64,000 nucleotides of DNA from Eledone cirrhosa (GCA_964016885.1 OZ024740.1:67084001-67148000), one strand, 5' to 3'. Shown: positions 39,744-52,566, numbered from the stretch's first letter. Program-made: numbers and translations. The notes: generated by a model not told the origin, from the letters alone.

Positions 39744-40692
39744 CATTTCATTTCATTTGAATTTGAGTCCATGCTCAGGCCAAGTCGAAGACTCCACCCT
39801 CAGAGTCTGGTGTGGTTGCCAGGTTGGATTCTCTGTTTAATTTTGACATGTGTAGGAGCGAGTTTGAGTCAGTTTGTGCTCGTTGTGTATATCCTGGGAG
39901 ATGGCGTTCATCTCTAATGGTCCTTAAGTATCTATCCAGCTGCAATTTGAATGATTCCACACAGCATCCTGATAGATTTCTGACATGTAGCGGAATGGAG
40001 TTGAATAGTTGTGCCCCTCGAACCAACAGACTTGACTCTCGCAGGGTTTTTGCTGCCTGGCCAGCCCTTTTGTTGATTGGTGGTAGCTGGCAGCGTCTTC
40101 CGTGGCGCAGTGAGTGGTAGGTTTTGATACCAAAGTTTGACACCTTTTGCTCTATCATTTTCCAAATGTATATAATTCGGTATCGCTCAAATCTTCTTTC
40201 TATTGAGTACATCTTCAAGGTTTTGAGTCTTTGCCAATAGTCCAGGTCCCTCGTTTCTGAGAAGTATGAGGTAAAATTTCTTTGGAGCGATTCCATCTTA
40301 GATAGTTGGCCCTTTGTTGTTGGTGACCACAACTGAGAACAGTAGTCAATCCTCGGAAGTACCATACTGTTCCAGAGGGTTTTCATTGTTGAGGTATCTC
40401 TTGATTTGAAGGTGTGCAAGATCCACCCGCTGTACTTTCTTGCAGTAAGACAGACTGATTCAAGGTGTTCTCTGAATTTTAGGCTGGTTCCCATGTGGAT
40501 GCCTAAATCTTTCACACACTGTTTTTCCATTATTTGTTGTCCTGATGGGTTTCTGTAGTTTGTTGTATTTTTCAGATCTTGATCTGTTCCGTAGCGAATT
40601 ATTTCAAACTTCTTATCATTGAACAACATCTTGTTTGTTTCCTGCCATTTGTATATGGTGGTTAGGTCCTTTTGTAAGGCCTCTGTATCCAC
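39741..40692 (-). mobile_element. CR1/L2-group LINE 3' fragment (RT C-terminus), (TGAAA)n-type tail
   Basis: ORF 39775..40692: LQKDL..IYKW...NKMLFN..K, KDLGI, VLPRIDYCSQLWSP, YWQRLK.LKMYSIERR.ER, LFNSIP, FKLQLD.YL. Confidence 0.85.
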
Positions 40693-40693
40693 A

Positions 40694-42322
40694 GTTTCTG
40701 AATTTGTTTAGCAAGATTCTTTATCTGAAAACGTGTGGTCAAACCGATATCGTTATACTTTGGGAGGGTCATGTTGCCAATAAGAAACACACGCACCCAT
40801 GCTTTCACTTCAATTTATTATAAATTAAAATTATAAATTTAGGAATTTATAAATTTCCGGTTGGTTGGTTGGTTCAACAAACAGATGATTGTTCATATAT
40901 TGTCAAAGTTCTTTCTTTACACGTTATGTGACCTCTTCAGTGACTGGGGATTCTTTTCTTTGTTTTTGTGCCTCTCCTTTGTTCTGTCCTACGCCATCTT
41001 GTTTTTGTGTGTGTTGTGTGCTTAGTTTGCGCATTTGTTACATCCGGGTGTCTGTGTGTGTTTATATTTGTTTATTTATTTTTTTATTTACATGTTACTG
41101 GTTGGTTGTTTGTTCTATGTGTGTGTGTGTGTTTTCATTTTGTCCTTAATTTTAAGTTGTGATGTTGCTGTTCCATTCATGTTTTCTATTTAATTTTGGT
41201 TGGAGTTCATTTATGTTTATTGCCTCTGTGATTTGTCTAAACATTGCGTCTTTTCTGTGTAGATTCTATTTTTATTTCTATGTTCTCTAATTACTCTTAT
41301 GTTCTATTTTAGCATGTAGGTGGAGTACAGATGATTCTTTACTATCTTGAAGCTCTCGCCAGTGTTCATTTATCCGTTCCCCTATACTACGAGCTGCCTC
41401 ACCTATGTACACTATATTCTTATCTCTACATTGTCCTTCAGTACATCTTATGCTATATACTACATTTCTAGTTTTACAGTTAATATGGGGGCTTAATTTA
41501 CAGATTATACATTTCTTATCTACAGGGAGGTCTTTGAAAAGGGTATGTATTGTTAATAAGTGTTTTTTATGGAGGTACCTGGTCTTTCTACTATCTTAAT
41601 ATTGAGTTCATGTTTATCTAGGACCCTTCTAAATTTGTAAGCTAATTCACCTCTAGGGGTTGTATGGATGAACATTACACTCTGGTATTTATTGCTATCA
41701 AACCATGAGTTTATTCTATTAATCTTATTCCTAGTTATTTCTATTCTATTCCAAAATGTGCTCCTATACAAGGGGCAGGTCCCATTTGTATCATTATTTA
41801 CCATTTTTTCCCATTTCGTTCTGGCTCCTCTATATACTCTGATTTTATCTCTCTGATTGTAACCAGAGAACTGCATACGGTGGATGATGTGTTGTATGTG
41901 TCTCTCTAGTTCTTTGGGGTTGCACATGTGGGACACGTTTCTCATCACCCGTACCAAATCAGCAATCAGTATGTTGATTTTGATATGGTCCGAAGCAGCT
42001 GATTTTCGGTGGATCAGATATTTGGAAGTCATGGGTTTGGCATAATGGGAATGGAGTATTTGTTTTTTGTTATTAACGGTATCTAACCAGAGCTCTGTGT
42101 CTAGTACAAGCAATCGATGGTTAGGGTGTTTGCTTGGGTAGTCTATAGTAACTCTAATACTCTGGTGGATGGAGTTAGCTATTTGCTGGATGCCTTCCAT
42201 GGTGTTTTTCTCTAATTCCTGACTATTCTCTAGTGGGGGTGTTTTTACTACGTTGTTTATATCATCAACCTAACGGGAGTATATTATTAAGGGTTAAGGG
42301 GTTGCTGTCTTCTAATTGTTCT
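40694..42322 (-). mobile_element. Penelope-like element copy C (5'-truncated) with 3' extension into the element 5' region
   Basis: ORF 41553..42200 closely matches 5151..6293; the 3' UTR matches 6293-6690; 40694-40724 matches 3174-3204. Confidence 0.9.
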
Positions 42323-42735
42323 TTACAATTAAGGACAAAATGAAAACACACACACATAGAACAAACAACCAACCAGTAACATGTAAATAAACAAATAAAT
42401 AAACAAATATAAACACACACAGACATCCGGATGTAACACATGCGCAAACTAAGCACACAACACACACACAAAAACAAGATGGCGTAGGACAGAACATAGG
42501 AGAGGCACAAAAACAATGAAAATAATCCGCAGAAGAGGTCACATAATGTGTGACGAAAGAACTTTGACAATATATAAACAATCATCTGGTTGTGGAACCA
42601 ACCAACCAACCGGGAATTTATAAATTCTTAAATTTATAAATTCTTAAATTTATAAATTTAATTCATAATAAATTGAAGTGAAACAAGTGGTGCGTGTGTT
42701 TGTTATTGGCAGCATCACCCTTCCAAATTATAACA
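42323..42735 (+). mobile_element. Inverted PLE pseudo-LTR (3' UTR only), head-to-head with copy C
   Basis: Matches 6284-6692; ends in a short TA run. Confidence 0.9.
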
Positions 42736-42818
42736 ATATATATATATAACCAGACATATACTCTCACACACATCGACACACACACAGACTAACACAGAAA
42801 CAGGCATCAGCACGGACA

Positions 42819-42860
<42 letters not shown>

Positions 42861-42983
42861 AACATATAATACACATATATGACAATAACAAACGAATAAA
42901 AATACTACTGCGACAGTCAAAATAGGAGGAATAGAAAAAACTAGCAACGGAATATTTCTAGCAGTTCAACAAATAACCCTCTG

Positions 42984-43091
<108 letters not shown>

Positions 43092-43429
43092 GAATAAATG
43101 TATTTGAGTTTTATATCTAACCTATTGGCCCATCCGCCTGGCGTTCTGTTAGGTATACCGGCATTTTATCTTTTCGGGAATCCCCCCTACACTCCAGTGC
43201 AAATATACCGCACGCCCTCTCAAGTCAGCGAGGAGGGGGTGGGGTTAAAATGGTCTGATGTTGGGTTTGAATAGTTTTTAGGATTCCCCCGTTCAGCAGT
43301 CAGTACATTAAAGAAAATTGATAGTTACAACAATAAAGGCTGAACAGAGAATACATTTTTTTAGAAACAATAATTTGTACAACCATAATGGAAATTCAAA
43401 GTAAGAGAAAATATTTAAATTACATTGTT

Positions 43430-44010
43430 ACAGCCCCAGAGTATACAATATATTTTAGCCGGCCCTCTGGAGCAAAGATGAAGCGATTGTTTGGCGAGCT
43501 CACCCTAGAGCATCCTACATACAATTGACGATGGGAGAATCACTGATTTCGTAACTCGTCTCGCGGAGAATCTCTGTAGACGTTGACCTCTGGACACTCC
43601 TGTCAGGAGCAGGTAAACTGCAGTGAATTAGAGGCCTACCACCAATCTCCAGGACACTGTTTTCAAGACAAATGTGCGCCTCATTGAAAACGACATCGTA
43701 TGTTACGTTGGGATTGTGTCTGCGTGTGCGGTGGAGGATGTCTTCAGCTAGACTTTCACGGTGGTTGTTCCACAGTGCGAGAGGTTCGGGGAGATCGCAG
43801 TTGTGCAGCATAATAGCAAAAGGTTTTCGCAGCTGAGAAGGGACTTTTGCAGTTGCTGCTTCTTGCAGGGTGAGGGGCCAATGGCTGTCATCGTGTAACA
43901 TACCACGCATCTGGCAAGCCAAACGGTAAGTGGAACATTTATGGGCATTGATGGTTCTCAGATCTTGGAAAGACTGTGGTCTTCTAACCTCGAACAGTAA
44001 CAATGACGAT
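43430..44010 (-). pseudogene. Helitron Rep/Helicase remnant with large internal deletion
   Basis: ORF 43515..44003 (PQSFQDLRT...TYRLAC..RGML.DD..W...LQEA...LR..FA.ML..C...P..LW..HRESLAEDI) joined to the PIF1 C-terminus QLYVGCSRVSSPNN.FIFAPEG...IVY. Confidence 0.8.
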
Positions 44011-44644
44011 AAGCCGTCTGTGCTTTCGTGAAATACATAGGTTTTTGTTTTTGTGTATGCAAAAATATCTGTACACGAATATATATATATTAATATAACA
44101 GATTAAAGTTTAGGCAAATAATCGCTGGTTTAATCCTTAACGGGATCTTCTGAAACTAAAAAAATCCGTCTGTGAATGCAGAAGTAAATATTTCGAAAAA
44201 CGTTATCTAATGCAGACAGCCAGACATGTATATATCTAAAAAGACAGACTAATATAAAGTGGGGACTGTTGTGCGACGTTATAAGAAAAAGTGAGGAATG
44301 ACGTATAACCGGAAGTGTTGACATTTGAAATTTTAAAGAAGTGAATATTTAAATAATGTCTTTAATCTTTTAACAAAATTCAGTAGACAAAAATAGCCTC
44401 ACCTTTTTACTTGGAAAAGTTACATCAATGGTGCAAATTTGATGGAAAGTTTATTACCTACATACGGCCGTCAGCTTTATAGTATGGACTAGCTGAATGG
44501 TCCGGCGTTGCTCGGGATTTCCTCTAGGGTTCTTATATATTTGATATATATTTACACTTATCGAGCCTCGTGAAATAAACACGTTTGTTTATATATTTTG
44601 TTATTGTGTATGCAAAAATATCTGTACACGAATATATAATTATA

Positions 44645-44715
<71 letters not shown>

Positions 44716-44718
<3 letters not shown>

Positions 44719-45340
44719 GTTATATAATAAACAACATAAGATAATTATTTCATTTACCAGTGGTTTCTTGAAGACAGATGTTGTGTCTGTCTTCAGTCGT
44801 CAGAATGAATAAAAAAAACATGGTGTATTTATTAAATATGGATTTGAAAACAAAATTTAGGAAATATGAAAGTGAGGCTGGAAAAAAACGGGCGAAAAGG
44901 AAAAAGGGGAAAAAAATACAAATATATATATATAAAGATATAAATATCCACAACGTAAACATACACACACTCAACTACGCGCATATACTAAAAAGTACGT
45001 AGACGGATACTTTCTCACATAAGCGTATTTATATCTGTGTATATGTATGTGTATGCATTTATGCTCCTGTCCGTTTTTCTATGTAGGCGTAAATACGCTT
45101 ATGTGAGAAAGTATCCGTCTACGTACTTTTTAGTATATGCGCGTAGTTGACTGTGTGTATGTTTACGTTCTGGATATTTATATTTTTATATATATATATA
45201 TATTTTTTTTTCCCCCTTTTTTTCCTTTTCGCCCGTTTTTTTTCAGTTTCACTTTCATATTTCCTAAATTTTTCAAATCCATATTTAATAGATACACCAT
45301 GTTTTTTTATTCATTATGTTGTTTATTACATATCTAATAA
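44716..45340. repeat. Long imperfect inverted repeat (arms ~44716-45031 and 45090-45340)
   Basis: e.g. aaaagtacgtagacggatactttctcacataagcgtattta vs taaatacgcttatgtgagaaagtatccgtctacgtactttt; 58-bp spacer. Confidence 0.92.
44749..44809 (-). ncRNA. Type I hammerhead ribozyme, near canonical
   Basis: Minus strand reads ttcatt-CTGACGA-c tgaagacaga(cacaaca)tctgtcttca a-GAAAC-cactg-GTA-aatgaa. Helix I 6 bp, helix II 10 bp, helix III 3 bp, GUA cleavage triplet. Confidence 0.8.
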
Positions 45341-45788
45341 GCTCTGTAGCCTACACAGAGCACACTTTTTTCCTCTACCTTTCTGACGGAAATACTTTAT
45401 TTATATCTATATAAATATAAATTAGCGAGAATCGTTTTCAGCTCAGGAATTAACGAAAATCAACGTCCGATATGTGTGGCAAGCGCTCGATGAATCATAT
45501 GAATCAGAGCTACAACATACGTTAAGGGCCGAACACACTGAGATGATGGTTAAACATATCATCCGCACAGCCAAAACAAAACGACCAAGTAATTCGGGTC
45601 AAACAATAAAAATATATGTGTTGATACTTTCCCGGACCCTGGACTAATGGTAAAATCCAGTATTGGTTTCTGCGACTCCAAATCAGGTACTGTCCGCCTA
45701 CATAAAGAATGTTGGGCTTCTGGTGAGATGATGAACAAGGCAGTCGTGTTATCAACGGGTTTTGCTCCAAGATGCTATATATATATAT

Positions 45789-46149
45789 ATATACGATATT
45801 AAACAAATGGAAACTATATTTATAAAACCATATTTATTTCATTATACATATTTCAGGGATACCATATTAAAAATATGGCATGCCTTCGTCAGATAAAATA
45901 CAATATATAACAAGTTTTATAAATAATTTTGACGTACCATAAATATAGCGACCATTAAGGTAGGAGCCAGCCTCCTACCTTAATGGTCGCTATATTTATG
46001 GTACGTCAAAATTATTTATAAAACTGGTTATATATTGTATTTTATCTGACGAAGGCATGCCATATTTTTAATATGGTATCCCTGAAATATGTATAATGAA
46101 ATAAATATGGTTTTATAAATATAGTTTCCATTTGTTTAATATCGTATAT
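45789..46149. repeat. 361-bp near-perfect palindrome (178-bp arms, 5-nt loop)
   Basis: ...accattaaggtaggag-ccagc-ctcctaccttaatggt...; only one mismatch seen. Confidence 0.97.
46038..46103 (+). ncRNA. Type I hammerhead motif (mirror copy at 45835-45900 on the minus strand)
   Basis: tattttat-CTGACGA-aggc atgccatat(tttta)atatggtat ccct-GAAA-tatgta-TA-atgaaata. Helix I 8 bp with one G.U; AUA triplet. Confidence 0.65.
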
Positions 46150-46231
46150 CTACTCCCAAAACTTGTCGAGTGCTTTATATCAGTTATAAAATATTTACTT
46201 GTTGTAACCCAACAATTTTAAATAAAACTTT

Positions 46232-46301
<70 letters not shown>

Positions 46302-46745
46302 CATAACAGATTAAAGTTTAAGGAAAGAATCGCTGTTTTCACCCTTAACGGGATCTTCTGAAACTAAAAATAGCAATCTGTGAACGCAGAAGTAAATATT
46401 TCGAAAAACGTTACACATTATATATATACACACACTATATATACATATATACACACACACACAGCTACGTCATAATGTTGTAATGCAGACAGCTAGACAT
46501 ACAGAGAGATATTATAAGGGCGCAACGTTATATCTATGTATCTATTTAAAAAGAGAAAGACTAAGAGTTATAGAGAGAGATCGCTAAATCGCCTAATGCG
46601 GTCCGTAGGGCATTGAAAATTTGAGATTCTGTTGCTCAAAACACTCACAGGACCATAAGTATTATATGTGTAAAGTTTGAAAACATTCGGTTTCATGGTT
46701 CTCGAGTTTTAGTGAGCGTACAGACAGACAGATGGACATTCTCTG

Positions 46746-47190
46746 TTGTTTCTACTTTTGGCACAAGGCCAGCAATTATTCCAGTGTATTACTGGTACTT
46801 TATTTTATCAACCCCGTAAGGATAAAAGGCAAAGTTAACTTCGGTGGGCTTTGAACTCAGACCATAAAGGACCGTAACTCTTTGCTACAATGATAAGTGT
46901 TTCAAATTTTGGCACAAGGCCAGCAATTACCACCGTTAATTACTGGTGCGTTATGTTATCGACCATGTAAGGATGAAAGGCAAAGTTAACCTCGGCGGGA
47001 TTTGAACTCAGAACATACCTCTTTCCAGCAAAGCATAGTGTCTGACGTTTTACCGATACTGCCAAACACTATATATCTAATAATAGAAATAATTGTTTCT
47101 ATTTTTAGGTACAAGGCCAGCAATTAACCAGTACATTACTGGTACTTTATTTTATCGACCCCGTAAGGATGAAAGGCAAAGTTAACCTCG
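46746..47190 (-). mobile_element. Three tandem/truncated tRNA-derived SINE copies
   Basis: ggcacaaggccagcaatt...cccgtaaggatgaaaggcaaagttaacctcggcgggatttgaactcag occurs three times. Confidence 0.85.
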
Positions 47191-47364
47191 ATACCTAGAA
47201 ACATGTTGACTGTTCCTCGATGCCACTGGTAGAACGACGGATGACGGTGGTCATCAGAACACCTAACCTAATGATGGATGTTTGTTTGCAAAGTAAGATG
47301 AATAGAAAAAGTTAGCAAAGGAATATTTCTAGCAGCAGTCGGACAAATAACCCTTCTGTTATAT

Positions 47365-47432
<68 letters not shown>

Positions 47433-48219
47433 GAAGAAATATACATAGATGGTAGAACGAACGGATGAGGGTGGTCATCAAAACACATAACCTGAGGTTT
47501 TAACAATTTTGCCAATCTACCAGCCATAGACTGGTGCTTCATTTATTGATGCCGAAATGAATAAATGCAAATACTATCTCACACGAATCTTAACTGAGGA
47601 CATCATGTGACGAGAGAAGTATACAAGCATTTAATCTAACATACAAAGGACTCTGCAAATTCAGCACTTTTCTCTTCTAGAAGTAAGGCATTCTACGAAA
47701 AGAATATCTTCTGCACTTCCAAAACGTATTACGAATTCCTTGTAACAATAAAAAAAAAAACGTATGTAAAAGAGACAAATATAATTTAGCAAATATTTAG
47801 TATACAACTTATTCAGTTAACAGGGTATAATATTGGAACAAAACCAGAAATCTTAAGTAGGGTAGCACCAAAATGAAACCGAACATACTTTGAATCATCG
47901 ATTCTGTAAAGATGAAAGGCTTAATGTAACCACGGATGGATTTCGATTATAGAAAAATGCAAAGGGACGCAACTTACAGTTATGAAGCATTTAATCCTTG
48001 ATTCTATAAATGTTAACACTCACCTTATAATAGGATAATAATTGTAATCTTAGCAAGTCAAACAAAATATAAAAGGAAAATACCATCAAATATATTATTG
48101 TGTAATCCTATCCAGTTACAACTAAAGGCAATACATAATGATGGAAAATACCTTCGGAAATACACCGTTATACATGCATATGTGAATACATACATACATA
48201 CTTACATACATACATACAT

Positions 48220-48711
48220 TGTGGCTGCCAACTCGTTTTCGAGTACAGCCACTACTTTATATCCATGTAGGAGAACCCCTACCGATGCGCTGAAGGAGTG
48301 TGACTTTTCAGTCCAGCCAACGACTTGAAAACTCTGGTACAAACACTACACTTGTGACAATCATTGACACATAGTGCTGGGACCATGGTACCATGTGACG
48401 ATAAGTGCAGAGAGATCTCCAGATATAAAGCAATTCCTGTGCCGTGAAGCTTTTATAGTGAGCAAAGGTACTGCACAAAGCCAGTCCCACTCTCTTAACC
48501 AAGATGATATTTACCAAAAAGAAGAACAAGTCAACATCATTGGATACCATCAGGGTTGCAGGTGTTATATCAGAGTTTACCTTCTCCTAGAATTCTGCCT
48601 TGACAAAGGCTAAGGGGTCATCTCTCCCGGTGATTTTGGATGGCCATTGACTCTTAAGAGCTCCTTTGCCCTTTGACAGGTTTTGTTTTTAGTCCAGCAG
48701 GATTTCCAAAT
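48220..48711 (-). mobile_element. RTE-associated non-autonomous element, 5'-truncated
   Basis: Highly similar to the units at 52766-55085; (CATA)n at its left end. Confidence 0.75.
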
Positions 48712-50430
48712 GTTTGGTAACAGTAGAACCAGAACTCTCCAATATAAGCTGATCACGCTCTAACAAGAATTGAGAGATGTTAGCGAAAAATGCCGATACC
48801 TGCAGAAGGTAGATGAGAGAAAAATGCTTAATAAAAGATTCAGACGAAACCAAACATCAGTCTATAGAGATATGAAGGGCAAAATAATAAGTATCACTGA
48901 GGCCCCATCCCAGAAAGACAGATTCCTTTTGGAGAAAAATATGGGGTGAAAAGAAGAATTTCAACCAAGATGCAGTGTGGCTAAGAGAAATCTGAAAGAA
49001 CTATTGCTCCTACACTACAACAAAAACATACGAACTAAGTGAGGGTACCCTTGAGACTGTGATAGGAAAACTCCAAGATGAGAAAACACCAGGAAGAGAC
49101 ATGATTGTCGGCTACTGGTACAAAAAACTAATATTCTATGGGAGGTATCTTACTGACCTCTACCAACAAGTTCTTAAGGGAGATACACTTATACCAGAAT
49201 GGTTGACATTAGCAAAAACGTTACTGGTCCCCAAGAACAAAGACACCCACTTGGCAAAAAACTACCGACCCATTGCATGCCAGAACAAGATGTATAAGAT
49301 GTATACAGCCTGCCTCAACCTATTCCTCCAAGATCACTGTGAAAATAATAACATCATCACAGATGAACAAGCAGCTGGAAAGAAAAGGGCTTGGGGGTGT
49401 GCTGAACAACTCCTAATCAACAAAACTGCGATGTCGGAGGTGCGACAACTTAGGAGGAATATGACTACAGTTTGGCTGGACTACAGGAAAGCTTTCGATT
49501 CTGTTCCCCACTCTTGGATGATAGAGGCCCACCAACTTGCTAAAGTCCCAGACATTATTGTCAGAGCCAGAGAGAGGCTGTCTTCTTCTTGGGATACTAT
49601 CCTAAGGTTAAAGACAGAGAGGGAGGACTCTATTTTCACTAATAAAATAAAATATTGCAGGGGTATATGTCAAGGGGACAGTCTCTCTGTGATATTTTTC
49701 ATCTTGTCATTAAACCCCTTGTCCTTTCTGCTCAAGAAATGTGAGGGATACATCATTGGCTCGCAGGAGGACAGAAATACGAACCTAACCCATAACTTCT
49801 TTGTGGACGATCGGAAACTCTATGCCAAGAGCATGGATGGGATGAAGAAAAATCTTGACATGGTTACAGCGTTCTCAAAGTATATAGGAATGGAGTTTGG
49901 CCAAGATAAAAGCTCATACATGACTGTAAAGCGGGGGAAAAAAACAATCCAATATAGCAACATTGTCATCAATAGTCTAACTGTTTCACCGATATCTGAT
50001 GAGGACTGCTACAGATACCTGGGGATAGATGAGAACATATCCTATAATGGTATCTATAATAAAGAACGCGTAACCAGGGAATATTACACCCGATTAAGAA
50101 AGATCTGGTCATCCGAACTCTCTGCGTAAAATAAAACAGTGGCTCACAATGTGTTTGCTCTGCCAGTCCTAACACCAACGTTTGGAATACTGAATTGGAC
50201 GATAGACGAAATCCGAGCCGTTGATGTTGGAACTCGAAAAATACTGAACAAGACCGGAAACTTCCACATCAACTGTGACCTAACCGCCTTTACTTGAAAC
50301 GTAAGCAGGGAGGCAGAGGCCTAACATAAGTCCAGACAACATTTGAATGTCGCATCATATCTCTCCGACAACATCTACAAACCTCGAAGCGTAGGAGCCC
50401 GCTTCTCGAGCAAGTCTATCTGCATGAAAC
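48712..50430 (+). mobile_element. Internal fragment of the same Dong-like family as 10790-14600
   Basis: ORF 49059..50129: YRPIACQN, WLDYRKAFDSVPH, QGDSLS, HNFFVDD, YRYLG. Reverse complement of ~11665-13378. Confidence 0.9.
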
Positions 50431-50483
50431 AGATACACATATATACATAGATACATACATATATACATACATACATACATACA

Positions 50484-50519
<36 letters not shown>

Positions 50520-50559
50520 TACATACATACATACATACATACATACATACATACATACA

Positions 50560-50595
<36 letters not shown>

Positions 50596-50630
50596 TACAC
50601 ATATACATATACATATACATATACATACAT

Positions 50631-50689
<59 letters not shown>

Positions 50690-50714
50690 CATACATATAT
50701 ATATATATATATAC

Positions 50715-50767
<53 letters not shown>

Positions 50768-50783
50768 CATACATATATATATA
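50431..50783. repeat. (CATA)n/(TA)n microsatellite
   Basis: Direct reading. Confidence 0.95.
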
Positions 50784-50789
50784 CAGTAT

Positions 50790-52518
50790 TTACGTATCGA
50801 GAAAGAGAAAAAAGGGGAGGATAGGTGATACATATAGTTATTTGCCAAGTAGCGTATGCACCCCCCTCATAAACCGAACGTTATAGTAAGCCATACCTAT
50901 AACCGATCACGCGGAGACCTTGTTGAAGTCGGATATAATAGAATGGATAACCGCACTAAAGATCACGACCCCGAAGACGGTGAACACTGTAGATTACTCG
51001 AACTATTCCCCTATTACAAAACCAACAAAGGCGACGGCCTACTACCCACACCTTCCAACCAACATCTTCGTGTACATAAACATGGAAGAGGTAGGAAGAG
51101 TGCACCCGAGCATAAAGTGAAAGGGGCACCGACGGACGACTGTGTATTAACACACATAAGAGCGGTCAACTAGATGGAACCACCCGTAGCAAAAGTACAA
51201 GGACACGTAATCGCCACCGTAACGTCCTATGGTTCCAGCCCCCTACTCTTGGAGTGTGGCCTCCAACATACCCCGGATGTTCTTCGAAGCCTTAGAGAAG
51301 AACTTCCCGCCCAACCATAGATATAGAAACATTCTTAACAGGAACAATATAAAAATATCCTTCTCTACTACTCCTAACCTAGCAGACATCATAGGAACAA
51401 CGAACCACAGTAAGATCACAAAGACACAGCACTTCGACACAGACGCACCTACACCTGACAATAACTATATCGGCCTTTACAACTCCCTGGTAGCATCCAA
51501 TAGTGTTGACAACGGCATCCGCAGACGCAACCAGCATAACCGCGAAATAACTGGGGAACATGCAGGACATGACGTGCGGAATAACAATCGCACCACCCCG
51601 CGTGCTGTGGGTTGTAATGGTGCTAACGACAGCTGCGATAGCGTAGGTAACAACGTAGGCAGCAACAATGATAGCCTTACCGTGGGAAATAGATGGAACC
51701 GAGACAGAAATTGCAACTGCCGCGACAGAGGACGCTTCCCCCTTAGAGGATACTGCTTGACTGATAGGGTTACATATAGATGCACTATTACTAGCCACAA
51801 TAGCGTTAAACATTATATAGGGGCTACCTCCGGCCCGTTCAAAATTAGGTTTCGAACACATCTCGACTCTTTCACAAATAGAAAACTAAGGCACTCCACT
51901 TCGCTCGCGGACTACATCACATCACTAAAGTACTTAAACATCAGTTTCTCCACGCACTGGGAGATTGTCGGTAGGGCTGCACCGTACAACTTCAAGAGGA
52001 AATGCGATCTTTGCCTCATGGAGCTCTACCACATCATAACTGCACCCCATGAGCTCATCAACAGCAGAGCTGAAACAGCGATAAGTTGAACACATCGCTT
52101 AAAAATATCCTTCTTCAGATGGGTTAAGGATGAGGAGTGAAACCATACACCGGATCTCCATGCAACAAGTCTTAACACCCCGGCGGGCAGGCGCTGCAAA
52201 ATAACACCCAGGAAACAATCCTTGCATACCAGACCCAGCCTCAGACAAACAGATGCGGAAAAAAAAAATTGTCCGGGAAAGACTGCCCTAACACCGACCG
52301 GAGTTACCTCCCTTGACCTGCTGCAAAATCAACACAAGCTATTTTTGTGAGCAATGAACCTTGATGTGGTTTTAACCCCCAAAACTCTTTCCGAGCAATA
52401 TAAGGAAAACTTTTCATTATTTATGCCGTTGAGAAGTCCAACCGGGCGAAACGTACGTAGGTGCTGTTTTAAATAAACATGTTTTAACGGTCTATTCTCC
52501 GATTTTTTACTTTCCCAC

Positions 52519-52520
<2 letters not shown>
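50790..52520 (+). mobile_element. Penelope-like element of a second (Neptune-like) type, 3' part
   Basis: ORF 51229..52089: FPPNHRYRNILNRNNIKISFSTTPNL..II..N, CNCR....PLRGYCL, VTYRC...YIGAT...FK.RF..H (GIY-YIG), WEIV..A.PY...CDLCLME. Bounded by TA-rich repeats. Confidence 0.85.
52424..52463 (+). ncRNA. Minimal hammerhead-like motif in PLE 3' UTR (5' core box degenerate)
   Basis: gcc-gttgagaa-gtcc(aacc)gggc-GAAAC-GTAC-GTA-ggt; palindromic ACGTACGT helix III/loop. Confidence 0.5.

Positions 52521-52566
<46 letters not shown>

Larger units (their letters stand above)
44489..46747 (-). mobile_element. Non-autonomous Helitron with nested insertions; 5' end interrupted by SINE
   Basis: Minus-strand 3' end cccgagcaacgccggacc...agCTAG-T at 44489. 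46300-46747 matches 63420-63958. Confidence 0.75.
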
